Of a DNA stretch of 64,000 bases, positions 39,978 through 49,600 are shown in pieces; positions within the stretch are counted from its first letter, which is position 1, and each line of letters starts with the position of its first letter. The position numbers and the translations under genes were made by a program. The notes beneath the pieces are model-generated. The model had not been told where the DNA came from and made no database searches. It worked only from the letters and a program-made list of their open reading frames with translations. The stretch spans positions 128,001 through 192,000 of the forward strand of contig OY969554.1 of assembly GCA_963700985.1 (NCBI GenBank), written 5' to 3'. The stretch is from an uncultured Chlamydiales bacterium. Its GTDB lineage: Bacteria > Chlamydiota > Chlamydiia > Chlamydiales > Rhabdochlamydiaceae.

Positions 39978-40380
39978 ATGTGCTTATACATTTTTTGGTC
40001 AAATGACTCAACCGTATCAATTCTACAGAACACATGGATTGAATTTTTTTCCGGATCATCCGGTAATCCCTCTTTTCGATGCTGCTCAGATTTTCATGGG
40101 TTTTTTATACAGATTTTTGAAGGCTATACAAAAAATTTCACGCTTTTCTTTGTAGGGGCATACGAACCACAATTGGAGCATCATCAATGACGAAGATAAA
40201 AGGTAATTCTTTGAGCGAAGTAACTAAATCAGACACTCTTCCAGAAGACTATAAAGACACTTTAGTCTCGATTGTTTCCAAAATCAGAGATGCTAAAAGG
40301 AAATAGACTATTTGGAAGCCCATATCCCAGAGCTTGCTGAGTTGGCATTTAAATAAGCCTCCAAAATTCAAATGCTTGAG

Positions 40381-40435
40381 AAGAAATGTGGGGCAACCTG
40401 GGTTTGAACCAGGGACCGACGGATTATGAGTCCGC
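40381..40435 (-). repeat. att direct repeat (displaced 3' part of the tRNA)
   Basis: AAGAAATGTGGGGCAACCTGGGTTTGAACCAGGGACCGACGGATTATGAGTCCGC equals 58658-58712 except G40402 vs A58679; no D-arm or 5' acceptor strand. Confidence 0.95.
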
Positions 40436-40541
40436 AGCACCCACGCCACTTCCCAGCAGCTAACTCCCCGAAATCATAGCGGAAAGCGCCCCTTTCCAGC
40501 TACCGCGATCTATCGTCAATTATCGCGCTTTTTTGCATGCC

Positions 40542-40565
40542 AGTGGTCCACAAATGGTCCACGGA
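40542..40565. repeat. Integrase arm-type site pair (tandem TGGTCCA), distal end
   Basis: AGTGGTCCACAAATGGTCCACGGA, 22/24 identical to 58562-58585. Confidence 0.75.
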
Positions 40566-40688
40566 AATTGTCGCAGCATGATGCGACTTTTGAATTGTTC
40601 GGAGATTTCGAATGGTTCAATTTTCTCTAAATCATTAAAAATCAGATGTATAACAGATTTTTAAGAGGAGATAGATTTTTGGTCTCAA

Positions 40689-40744
40689 CTGTTCAATATT
40701 TCTGTCTGTTCAATATATAGTGAACAGTGTAATATAATGAACAG
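40689..40744 (+). promoter_or_regulatory. Operator array over the promoter of the AbiE-like operon
   Basis: CTGTTCAATAT at 40689 and 40706; TGAACAG at 40721 and 40738 (17-bp period, inverted pairs); overlaps TATAAT 40733-40738. Confidence 0.7.
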
Positions 40745-40756
40745 AAGGAGATCGCA

Positions 40757-41488
40757 ATGAAAGGTCGTTTCCTAGTAAATTCCAATGAAGATCCAGCAGA
40801 AGGGAATGTCTATGCAGACAAGTCTTCTCTCGTGCTTGATTGGCTGCTTCGAGAAGGACTTTCTAGAGAAAGCTTCTCATTGAGAGAAGTTGCTAAAGAC
40901 GTGGGAGTAAGCCTTGGTCTGGTTCAACGTGTTTTTAATATTCTGGTCCTGAAAGGACTTCTGCAAGTTGAAGGTGTAAGAACTGCCAAGAGATTTTCCT
41001 TTAATAAGCCAAAAGAACTTCTAGAAAGCTGGTTAGAGCATTATAGCATCGTGAAAAAATGCAAAATCAGAACGTATCGTTCCGCTCTTTCTGGAAAGTC
41101 AGAATGGTTCAAGGCTTTAAAGAAATCTGGACTTGGGGCAGACGTAATCTTGGCCCTTCATTCAGCAGCCGAAGCGTTTGGGCTTAAGAATACCAACCTG
41201 GAAGGATTAGAATTGTATATCCTTGATCCTTCGATTAGAGCGAAATTGGAAAGTGCTCTGCAATTAGAACCACAAGAAAGAGGATATGAAATTTTGTTGA
41301 TCGAGCCTTACTATAAGATGCTGATCAAGCAAAATAAGAAGGACGGTAAAGAAATTGGCGTTTGCCCTCTTCTCCTTACCTTTTTAGATCTTTATCATTT
41401 TCCCCTGCGAGGACAAGAACAAGCAGAATTTATAGCTCAGCGAGCACCTGAACTGAAACGCATCTACAAAAGCCCTAAGAACAAATGA
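40757..41488 (+). CDS. AbiEi-like type IV toxin-antitoxin antitoxin (wHTH + AbiEi_2-like C-terminus)
   Basis: SLREVAKDVGVSLGLVQRVF wHTH; ELLESW; C-terminal PLLLTFLDLY....RGQEQAE. Confidence 0.8.
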   Translation: MKGRFLVNSNEDPAEGNVYADKSSLVLDWLLREGLSRESFSLREVAKDVGVSLGLVQRVFNILVLKGLLQVEGVRTAKRFSFNKPKELLESWLEHYSIVKKCKIRTYRSALSGKSEWFKALKKSGLGADVILALHSAAEAFGLKNTNLEGLELYILDPSIRAKLESALQLEPQERGYEILLIEPYYKMLIKQNKKDGKEIGVCPLLLTFLDLYHFPLRGQEQAEFIAQRAPELKRIYKSPKNK

Positions 41489-42273
41489 AACAGCCTCAAG
41501 AAGATAAAATCATTTCAGAATTTTTAAAGTCACTGGGACCATGGCGTGAGTTCGTTGTTATTGGGGGTGGTTTTGCTCTTTTTATTTACAAGCTTTACCT
41601 CGCCGATCCCAAGCTCGAGAATCTTCCTGTCGGAACGCGAGATATCGACTCGTTGATTCCCAGAAGAGTTCCTGAGATCTCTAAGAAGAACATCGCCAAA
41701 TATCTCAATGAAGCGGGCTTTACTCACGTCTTCAAAGATGTCGATATTCCTGCAACCGAAAGTTTTGTGAAAGAGATCGATGGTGTAGAAGTAGAGATCG
41801 AGTTTTTAACGGACTCGGCTACCCGAGATGATAAGAATAAAAATGTCATGATCGCAGGCATTGTTGCTCAGCCATTGAGCTACTTGACGCTGAGCCTGCA
41901 AACGACAATGGAATTTCGAACCTATTCAGGAGAAGCGGGAAAAGTCGTCTCACCTGGAGCATGGATCTTCCATAAAGGGCTTACTTTTACTAGGCGGAAA
42001 AGCTCATCAAAGATGCTCAAAGATCTCTATGGGATCTGGTATGTAGTGACACAGCTGGGAGATTTCTCCGATCAAGCGCTTACGGAGTTTGCTTTCCTCT
42101 CTCAACAGCATCCAAAATGGTTGCAGACATTTCAGAAGCAATTGTCCAATTGGATAAATCAAGCTTCTCCAAGTGATTGGTCTAAATTAGAGTCTCAAGA
42201 TCCGTCTGGAAAGCTGAAAAAGCTAAGTTTTGAGCGATCTATACAGAGGCTTGCGAGTGGCGCAAGAGTATGA
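41485..42273 (+). CDS. Nucleotidyltransferase-fold toxin (AbiEii/GSU2403-like)
   Basis: VVIGGG...TRDID Pol-beta-like motif, IEFLT, P...IFHK, KDL; ATGA overlap with the antitoxin. Confidence 0.8.
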   Translation: MKQPQEDKIISEFLKSLGPWREFVVIGGGFALFIYKLYLADPKLENLPVGTRDIDSLIPRRVPEISKKNIAKYLNEAGFTHVFKDVDIPATESFVKEIDGVEVEIEFLTDSATRDDKNKNVMIAGIVAQPLSYLTLSLQTTMEFRTYSGEAGKVVSPGAWIFHKGLTFTRRKSSSKMLKDLYGIWYVVTQLGDFSDQALTEFAFLSQQHPKWLQTFQKQLSNWINQASPSDWSKLESQDPSGKLKKLSFERSIQRLASGARV

Positions 42274-42278
42274 GGTCT

Positions 42279-43064
42279 TTAGAGGCTTATCCCTTTGCAA
42301 AACCATTCTATTGTTTCTTTGCTTTTTATCCCTGCACCTCCTAGGGGATAGCCATAGCTTCTATATGTTGAAAGGAAGTAGAGATTAGATATGACCTCTT
42401 CGAGGTAGTCAATATAGATTTTTACGTCTTTCCATTCTGGTTGATAAGCTGGATTTTTGAGGTCAACATGAGCTGCAACCCGATCTCTGTAATCATTGAT
42501 TATTTTTCTTTTCTCAAATAAGTCATTTCTAATTTCTTCAAAATTTTCGGCGCGTGGCTGTCCTTGGTCGTTTAAACCGAATTTAAAAAACACTTTTGAA
42601 AGCTGTTCATGTCGAGTGAGGCACGCTAAATATTCGTTTTTGCGAACCGGATCAGCATTACCTTGTGCCTCTACGAGTTTCTTTAGAGGAGTCTTTTTAA
42701 ATAGGCACGTGTATTTAGAGGTGATTGAATTAATTAGAGATAAGGTTTTATCTGTGATGTCAGAAAGTGCGATGGGAATAAATTTACACAAGTCTTCGAA
42801 TAACAAAATAAGAGAGATATTTCGGATTGGGATATTTGGTAAGTTCTGCGCGACAGCAACAAGTATTTCGAACTTATGTTTCAATATATCAAATGGATCG
42901 AAGATTTCATTCTTTATTCTATTAGAAAACTCTTCTCGCAATAAATAGTGCACGTCAAGGTTTTCTGTAATAAATTTAACGTGTTCTTCTGTCAGTGGGT
43001 GAAGTTCAGCCCCATTGTATAGCCAATCAATCGTTCCATTAAGAAATGGCGGCAAAGTCTTCAT
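42279..43064 (-). CDS. HEPN domain protein (AbiU2-like predicted RNase)
   Basis: All-helical 261 aa with Rx4-6H motif YRDRVAAH near the C-terminus; AT-rich. Confidence 0.65.
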   Translation of the reverse strand: MKTLPPFLNGTIDWLYNGAELHPLTEEHVKFITENLDVHYLLREEFSNRIKNEIFDPFDILKHKFEILVAVAQNLPNIPIRNISLILLFEDLCKFIPIALSDITDKTLSLINSITSKYTCLFKKTPLKKLVEAQGNADPVRKNEYLACLTRHEQLSKVFFKFGLNDQGQPRAENFEEIRNDLFEKRKIINDYRDRVAAHVDLKNPAYQPEWKDVKIYIDYLEEVISNLYFLSTYRSYGYPLGGAGIKSKETIEWFCKGISL

Positions 43065-43201
43065 TCTTTTTCCCTCGTTAAAGAGAGGAATTCTATAGAG
43101 AAAATGAGTTTTTTTCCACTGACGCCATTTTTCGTTCCAACAATTTGCAATAGAATTCGATCGTTTACAACTAAACTCGTGCTATAACAATAGGAGCAAA
43201 C

Positions 43202-44338
43202 ATGGAACAGAAAGAAAGCTTGGGAAAAACGGAAAATGATCTCAGAGGAATTATCGTGAGGACTCATAGGCATTGCCAAACCTATCGAGTGCGTATTCGG
43301 ATGAAGGGCGGTCAGTGTTTTGATAGATCATTTAGATCGAAGACTCTCGCGAAAAAATGGAAGAGGGATATGGAATCGGCAATCGAGCATGACCGGTATG
43401 AATTCACGAATCCTGCAACCAAACATATCCTTGCGGATCTGATCAACCTCTACATCGAGAGGGTGCTGCCTGGGAAGCCACGGAATGCCAAGAATGTTCT
43501 TCGGCACCTGACTTGGTGGAAGGAGGAACTTGGGCATTTGCTGTTAGCTCAAGTGCGGCCTAGCATAATCGCAGAAAAAAGGGATGAGCTGCTTGCGGGC
43601 TTTGTTAGAAGCGGAAAGCTCCGCTCTCCTACAACGGTGGTGCGCTATCTGAGCAGTTTATCCCATGTCTTTTCAAAGGCGGTCAAAGAGTGGGAGTGGA
43701 TGAGAGAGAATCCTATTTTTAAGATTGAAAAGCCCAAGCAGGCGCAAGGTAGAAAGCGGGTATTAACTGATGAGGAGCAAAAAAGACTTTTGCAGGCATG
43801 CCAAGAGAGCGGATCGAAAGACTTGTTCTTGATCGTTGCTCTTGCCCTAGGAACGGGTATGCGAAAAGGCGAAATCATGGGGCTGAGATGGAGAAATATT
43901 CAGTTGGGAGAGCCCACAGGAACAATTCTGCTTGAGAGGACGAAGAATGGTCGTTCAAGGTCTGTTTTGATTACCGGCCTATTGCTAGGGCTTTTGCAAG
44001 AACGATACAAACAGCAGCGCGCTGATAGCTTGGTCTTTCCATCTCCCAATTATCCCACCCAGCCTGTTGATATCCGATCTGCTTGGGAAAGAGCCTTGCA
44101 AAAAGCTGAGATAGAAGGATTTGTTTTCCATGGATTGCGTCATCAGGCGGCTTCTCAAGCAGCAACGATTGAAAACAGTCCTTTGGTCATTGCAGAGTTG
44201 CTCGGCCATCAGACCCTTCAGATGACCAGGCATTACGTTCATTTGCCAAGCGCTCATATGCACACGATGGTCGAAGCACTTCAATCAAAAATCTTTCAAA
44301 ACTATCAGGAGGGCAGCCATGCACAACTTAGAAAATAA
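43202..44338 (+). CDS. Tyrosine recombinase/integrase (internal paralog)
   Basis: TGMRKGE, TKNG, FHGLRH, LGHQTLQMTRHY: full catalytic set. Confidence 0.93.
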   Translation: MEQKESLGKTENDLRGIIVRTHRHCQTYRVRIRMKGGQCFDRSFRSKTLAKKWKRDMESAIEHDRYEFTNPATKHILADLINLYIERVLPGKPRNAKNVLRHLTWWKEELGHLLLAQVRPSIIAEKRDELLAGFVRSGKLRSPTTVVRYLSSLSHVFSKAVKEWEWMRENPIFKIEKPKQAQGRKRVLTDEEQKRLLQACQESGSKDLFLIVALALGTGMRKGEIMGLRWRNIQLGEPTGTILLERTKNGRSRSVLITGLLLGLLQERYKQQRADSLVFPSPNYPTQPVDIRSAWERALQKAEIEGFVFHGLRHQAASQAATIENSPLVIAELLGHQTLQMTRHYVHLPSAHMHTMVEALQSKIFQNYQEGSHAQLRK

Positions 44339-45043
44339 GCCACAGGCATCATTGTGGAGGCCAGAGCTGCTCAGCGATGAGGAAATGCACGAATGCTTGA
44401 AGGAAACGTGCTGGACTGCCAGAAGAGCCGCTTATTATGTCCTCGGCTTGAAAATCCCCGATCTCGGTAGCCTTGAGGAAGAGAAAAGGCTTTGCCCTGA
44501 TTTTGAGAAGTATTTCGAGCTTTTCGAAAACTGTTTTGAAGAGGGAAGAATTGCAGTTCATTCCTTCTACTCGGAATATGGCAAGACTGTTCGGACTGCC
44601 TTGCCTGTCGATTGGTTGAAGCTAGTCCATAAGGGACGGCTGAAAGATGATGCCATCGAATGACAAGGAGGTAAAGCGGGAAGGTCTGTATGTCGCTCCT
44701 TTGCTCACAGAAGCTTGGCTGCTTTTGCAAGGGAAGGCGGTCTTCGCCAAAAGGCGACCTGCTCAAGAAAGGGACGATAAGCTTTTTGCTTGGAGTGCTG
44801 CCAGAAAGCTGCGCAAAGATTTTCCTCAGTTGTCCAACCGCCAAATGGCACAGATCATCTTCAAGCATTGCTCGAAGTGTGCAGAAGTATCCCTTCAAGA
44901 CTGTTTACGGCTGGGTCATCGATTCAGCCATTCCGATAAATGAAGAGCCTTCGCAAAGCAGAAGAGATAGAAATGGTCGTCCTAAAAAAGACAGCTATCA
45001 GAAGCTCTCTGTCGATTTCTCCTCCTATTTCAATAATTTGTAA
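44319..45043 (+). pseudogene. Hypothetical gene coupled to the internal integrase, probably one ORF split by frameshifts
   Basis: Three overlapping same-strand ORFs (44319-44663, 44647-44943, 44690-45043) tile the interval; TVYGW...GRPKK end is typical of small DNA-binding proteins of mobile elements. Confidence 0.45.
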
Positions 45044-45058
45044 CTCACTGCTATTCAA

Positions 45059-45120
45059 CGCATTTTACGGTTTTCCCACCGACGCCATTTTTTCATGGCG
45101 ATAGGTCGCCGTAAAATGCG
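45059..45120. promoter_or_regulatory. Stem-loop upstream of the xis-like gene
   Basis: CGCATTTTACGG (45059-45070) / CCGTAAAATGCG (45109-45120) perfect 12-bp stem enclosing CGCCAT/ATGGCG. Confidence 0.6.
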
Positions 45121-45158
45121 GTTATTAAATTCAAACTGCAATAGCAGAGGAGTGAGAA

Positions 45159-45452
45159 ATGAAAAACGATAGATCAAAAAATATAGACGAAGTGGCTGCA
45201 GAGCCAAAACAGACACGGTTCATCCCTGTGTCGAAATGGAATGAGTTTCATGAATGGCCACCAGTCGGTGGAATGCGCCACTTGATCTTTTTTCGAAACG
45301 AAAATGGGTTTGCCAAGGTCTTAAAGCGCCCTAATCGAACCTGGCTCATTGATGAGAAGGCATTTTTCAAGTGGGTATCTGAGAAAAAATACAGACCCCG
45401 CAAAAAGGAGCCCGAAGTCCAGGAAAACGCTAAAATCGCAGTACAGCCATGA
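45159..45452 (+). CDS. Excisionase/AlpA-like small DNA-binding protein
   Basis: RFIPVSKWNEFHEWPPVGGMRHLIF..NGF...LIDEKAFFKWV winged-helix pattern; GAGGAG RBS; lies between integrase and rep. Confidence 0.7.
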   Translation: MKNDRSKNIDEVAAEPKQTRFIPVSKWNEFHEWPPVGGMRHLIFFRNENGFAKVLKRPNRTWLIDEKAFFKWVSEKKYRPRKKEPEVQENAKIAVQP

Positions 45453-46503
45453 TAACTTCCGAAGGATTCGTAAAACTTTATCGAGAGGGACTTGCGCTTT
45501 TAGAACTCAGCCTTCCAGCTTTCGCGTTGTTGACGCAGATTGCTTTGCGTGCAAACCGGATGGATCCCGCTTATTCAATCTATCAACTCAAGGCTAACGA
45601 AGCACTCGTTGGCGATCATAAAAAGATTGGTTTGTCCAGGCAGCAATATCGTGATGCGGTACTGAGGCTTGAAGCACACGGTCTTGCGACTTTCCGAAAA
45701 ACCAATCAAGGGACTATTGCAGTTCTCACTAACAAAGCCATTTTTGACATCAATGCTGAATCGGATGAAGGGCCTATAAAGGCGTGCACAGCCTTAGAAA
45801 AAGAACCAAATTACAGCCAAGCAAAACCATTCATCAGCCATTAGAGAACCAAAAAGAAACCACTTTGGAACCATCAAAAGAACCATCAGATTTGTCAATG
45901 AAAAATCGAGAAAAAGAACCACCCAAAGAACCAGTTAACAACCACCAAAGAACCATAAAAGAACCGGATAGAAACCAATCGGGAACCAATCCAGAACCAC
46001 TAACAAAGAAAGAAGAAAAAGAAGAAGAAAAAAGAGCTGCAGCAGCCTATTCACGCACTTTTTACAAATGCTTGGATGGATTGGATTTGAGCGATCAGGA
46101 GAAGAGATCCCTGATGTGCTATAGCGAACATCGTGTGGCTCATGCTGCGGAATTTGTGAGAAGAAAGCACAATGTCGACAGCCCCATCGGGCTGATGATG
46201 TGGGTTTGCCAACAGCCTAGCCTCCCTGAGCTTCCCAAGGAAAATCGAAAAAGTATGACTCCTCAGCAAAAGCTTGCTTGGGAGTACAACCAATTTCTTA
46301 GCAGCAATGGCTATACTGCTCAAGCAAAGCAGAATGAGGAAAAGATCCCCAATGATCGAATGGTGATTTTAGAACAGGGGCAACTTATGCCGATTACGCT
46401 AAACCATCCCCTTCAGATCCTGCAGGAAGATTTTCGAAAGTCCAAAGAGGAAATTTTGAAAAGCCAGAGGATAGTTCGAGGGCTGCAAGGTGATAAATTA
46501 TAA
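45449..46503 (+). CDS. Phage-type replication initiator-like protein, split by a single -1 frameshift near 45820
   Basis: N-terminal GFVKLYR...GLSRQQYRDAVLRLEAHGL wHTH, repeat-rich linker ending KKEEKEEEK, C-terminal VDSPIGLMMW; ATGA overlap with xis. Confidence 0.7.
45803..45999 (+). repeat. Iteron-like array (putative origin of replication) inside the rep gene
   Basis: NA(A/G)CC(A/G) units at 45803, 45814, 45824, 45835, 45846, 45857, 45868, 45880 and 45916, 45928, 45939, 45950, 45961, 45972, 45983, 45994 (~11-bp period). Confidence 0.75.
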
Positions 46504-46629
46504 GCGGTCTGACAAGGCACAATGGGGAGACTTTAGGGAGGGGTTTTGCGGAGCTAATAAAAAGAGAAAATACCCTAGCAAAACCTCCACCCATCCCGTA
46601 AATATTTTCCGTTTTTCAAGAAGATTCAT

Positions 46630-46658
46630 TTGACACAATGTTATCCTTTGGATAACAT
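46630..46658 (+). promoter_or_regulatory. sigma70-type promoter containing a perfect palindromic operator
   Basis: TTGACA (46630-46635)-17 bp-TAACAT (46653-46658); ATGTTATCC-ttt-GGATAACAT (46638-46658). Confidence 0.75.
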
Positions 46659-46687
46659 GATGAAAGTTCAGCAAAATAGGTTTCCAG

Positions 46688-49600
46688 ATGAGTGAGTCTG
46701 AAGTAAGAACAATCGAACCGCAAGCAATCCGGCGCATTCGAGGATCGCTTGGGTTGACTCAAGACGAATTCGCAAAAGAACTGGGAGTTTCAAAGATAAC
46801 GATAGTTCGATGGGAATCCGGAGATAGGGCTTGTAAAGGTGCTTCCGCGCGCCAAATTTATGATTTGGAGCGAAAAAGATGTGCTAATATGATTCGTCGG
46901 ACAACTACAATCTTTTCAGTCGGAGTAGATGATCTTTCACGCCTGGATGGGATTCAAGCAACTCGAACATTTAGAGATTTTCTATACTGCGAAGCCCGCA
47001 GAATAGGCATTCCAATCAATGATATTGATATTTGCGAATCAGAGCTCTCCGATGGGGGAATTGATGCAAGAGTGAATGATAAGCTTCTTATCGCTACAGA
47101 TAGTATTATCTTGCCGGGGAAAAATTATTTTCAGATAAAAGCTGGGAGTAGCGCCAAACCTTGGAATAAATCTTGGGTTCAAAAAGAATTATTCGGCAAA
47201 AGTGGGCTATCGCATGTTTTAAGAGAAAAAATCGGTAAAGAAGTTCTGAGGTGTTTAGAAGAGAATGGGCGATATGTATTAGTTTGCTTTGGAAAGGATC
47301 TAACCCCAGAACAGATTTCGGATGCTAAAGCTCACCTTGTATCGCATTTCGCGCAGTGTGGCTATCCAAATGCTAAAGTAGAAGTATGGGGGCAACAGCA
47401 TTTGATCGGGATGATTTCTCCCTTTCTTTCCCTGTGTTTGCAACTTACCGATCGAAAGGGATGGAAATTTAAATATTACTCAAGCTGGAAGCTGGATCAG
47501 GACATGGCACAAGCTTTTTGCCTGGATGAACAGAGAAACCGTCTAATTCTAGAAATACGTGAACATTTATTTAAGGACGAAATCCGTCATATTCGATTGG
47601 TAGGAGATTCTGGAGTGGGGAAGACGCGCCTTGCTTTAGAAATACTATCTCATTATGCCTTGTTTCCGTCAGTTGTCTATGTCCCTAATGCAGAAGATTT
47701 TCAAAGTGGCTCATTATTCAACAGCTTGTGTAGGTCCGATGCTGAATATTTTGTTATCTTGGTACTTGATAATTGCTCTTCACAAAAATGTAAGGAAATT
47801 TGGAATTCGTTACGTAATCGATCAAATCAATGTAGAATTATTTCAATTGATCAAAGCGGTTACAAGACTAATGACCAGTTGGAATGTGTACTTGAATGCC
47901 CTCTTTTGCCAGAAGATAAAATTAATGAAATAATCAAAAATTACATTGGAACAACTTCTGATTTGAGACGTTGGGCTGAATTTTGTTCAGGCTCTGCTCG
48001 AGTTGCTCATGTGATTGGACAAAATCTACGGGATTGTCCAGAAAATCTTTTTCGAGAGCCATCTACTGTTTCAATTTGGGATAAATTTATAGCTGGATAC
48101 AGTTCTTTAGAAAGTGTTGATGTTCAAAACAAGCTATTCGTTTTGAAATACTTATCTCTATTTGAAAGATTTGGTTTTGAGTCTCCTGTAACAGAAGAGG
48201 CAAAGTTTATTTGGGGCCTCATAAATAAGGCTGATCCTACAGTCACTTGGAGTAAGTTCCAGTCGATCATCCAAGAGCTGAAACGACAGCGTATTCTTCA
48301 AGGGGAAACAACTCTTCGTATCACTCCAAAAGCGCTGCATATTTATTTGTGGCTTCGCTTTTGGAACGAAAACGGTCGCGGCTTCCTCGAAGGGGATTCA
48401 ATGGACAACATGCCTCCTCAACTCTACCTATGGTTTGGGAGAATGTTTCCTTATGCCCATGCTTCCCAAGTTGCGGCTCAAGAAATTAAACAATTGCTAG
48501 TTACTGAAGGGCCATTTTACAAGTCAAAGGTATTAAATTCGACGGAGTTAAAGCTTCTTAACGAACTGGCTCTTGCGTCCCCAGAAAGGACTTTAACCTA
48601 CATTGAGGCAAGTATTGGTCAATGCAGCTATGAGAATCTTTTGGCGTTTAAAAAAGGAAGGCAAGACGTGGTTTGGGCTCTTGAAAAAATTGCCTGGTGG
48701 CCACATTTATTTTGCCGAGCTGCTGAGGTTCTGCGTAGGCTTGCTGAAACTGAAAACGAAACACATTCAAACAATTCCAAAGGTGCTTTTGCTGATCTTT
48801 TCAGTCTCGCGCCAGGATTTTCCCCTACAGGTGCCACTCCCTTAGAGCGATTATCCGTTTTAGAAAACGCTCTTAATTCATCTTCTTCTATCACGCGTGA
48901 GGTTGGGGTCATCGCCTGCCGCAAGGCTCTTTCTTTACCCATACATTCGGGATTTCGCATTGTTGGCTCCGAGTACCAAGGATTACGGCAAACTCTTTCG
49001 CCTTGGATGCCTAAAACATGGGATGAGTATAAAGATGCATACCAAATTATTTGGAAGCTTCTTACTGATGCCAGCCGAAAGTGGAGTATTGATGATCGCG
49101 CAAAGGCTAATTCTAATCTTACCGATTCAGCAAGATATCTATTAGATTTCGACTGGATGAGAGAACCCATTCTTAGAACACTGAATGAACTGGCAGATGA
49201 CGAAGCAACAAATATAAGTAATTTTTTAGATACATTAACCCATCTAATACGATTTAAATCTGAAGAACTGCGTCAGATCTCATCGTTTTCCTCAAAGCGA
49301 TTGATGCCCGGATTACCGGCACAACTTTTTCTTCGCACATCAGACGATGGATTCATTTAAGCGGTTATAATGATCATTTCGATGAAAATGGAAGAAATGA
49401 TGATACTTATAATCAGCGGATTAAGAATCTTGCTTCGGAGGCTGTGTTAAATAGTGATCTGGTCAAAAAAGAGCTTCCTAATCTTATAACAGAGGTAAAT
49501 AGAGTTGTCTTTCAATTTGGGAAAGATATAGGCGAATGTGATAGTGAAAAGAGTCTGCTTAGGAAATCATTGAGGTTTATAGACTAAACCTGTAAATGCT

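Noticed and set aside
40381-40449. Second tRNA gene, or the 66-aa ORF 40249-40449 resembling ORF 58619-58852
   Set aside because: It lacks the D-arm and 5' acceptor strand. The peptide similarity only reflects translation of the att repeat.
45803-45999. Possible CRISPR array or protein tandem repeat
   Set aside because: Units are 6 bp with ~5-bp spacers, far too short for CRISPR, and the 11-bp period is not a multiple of 3.
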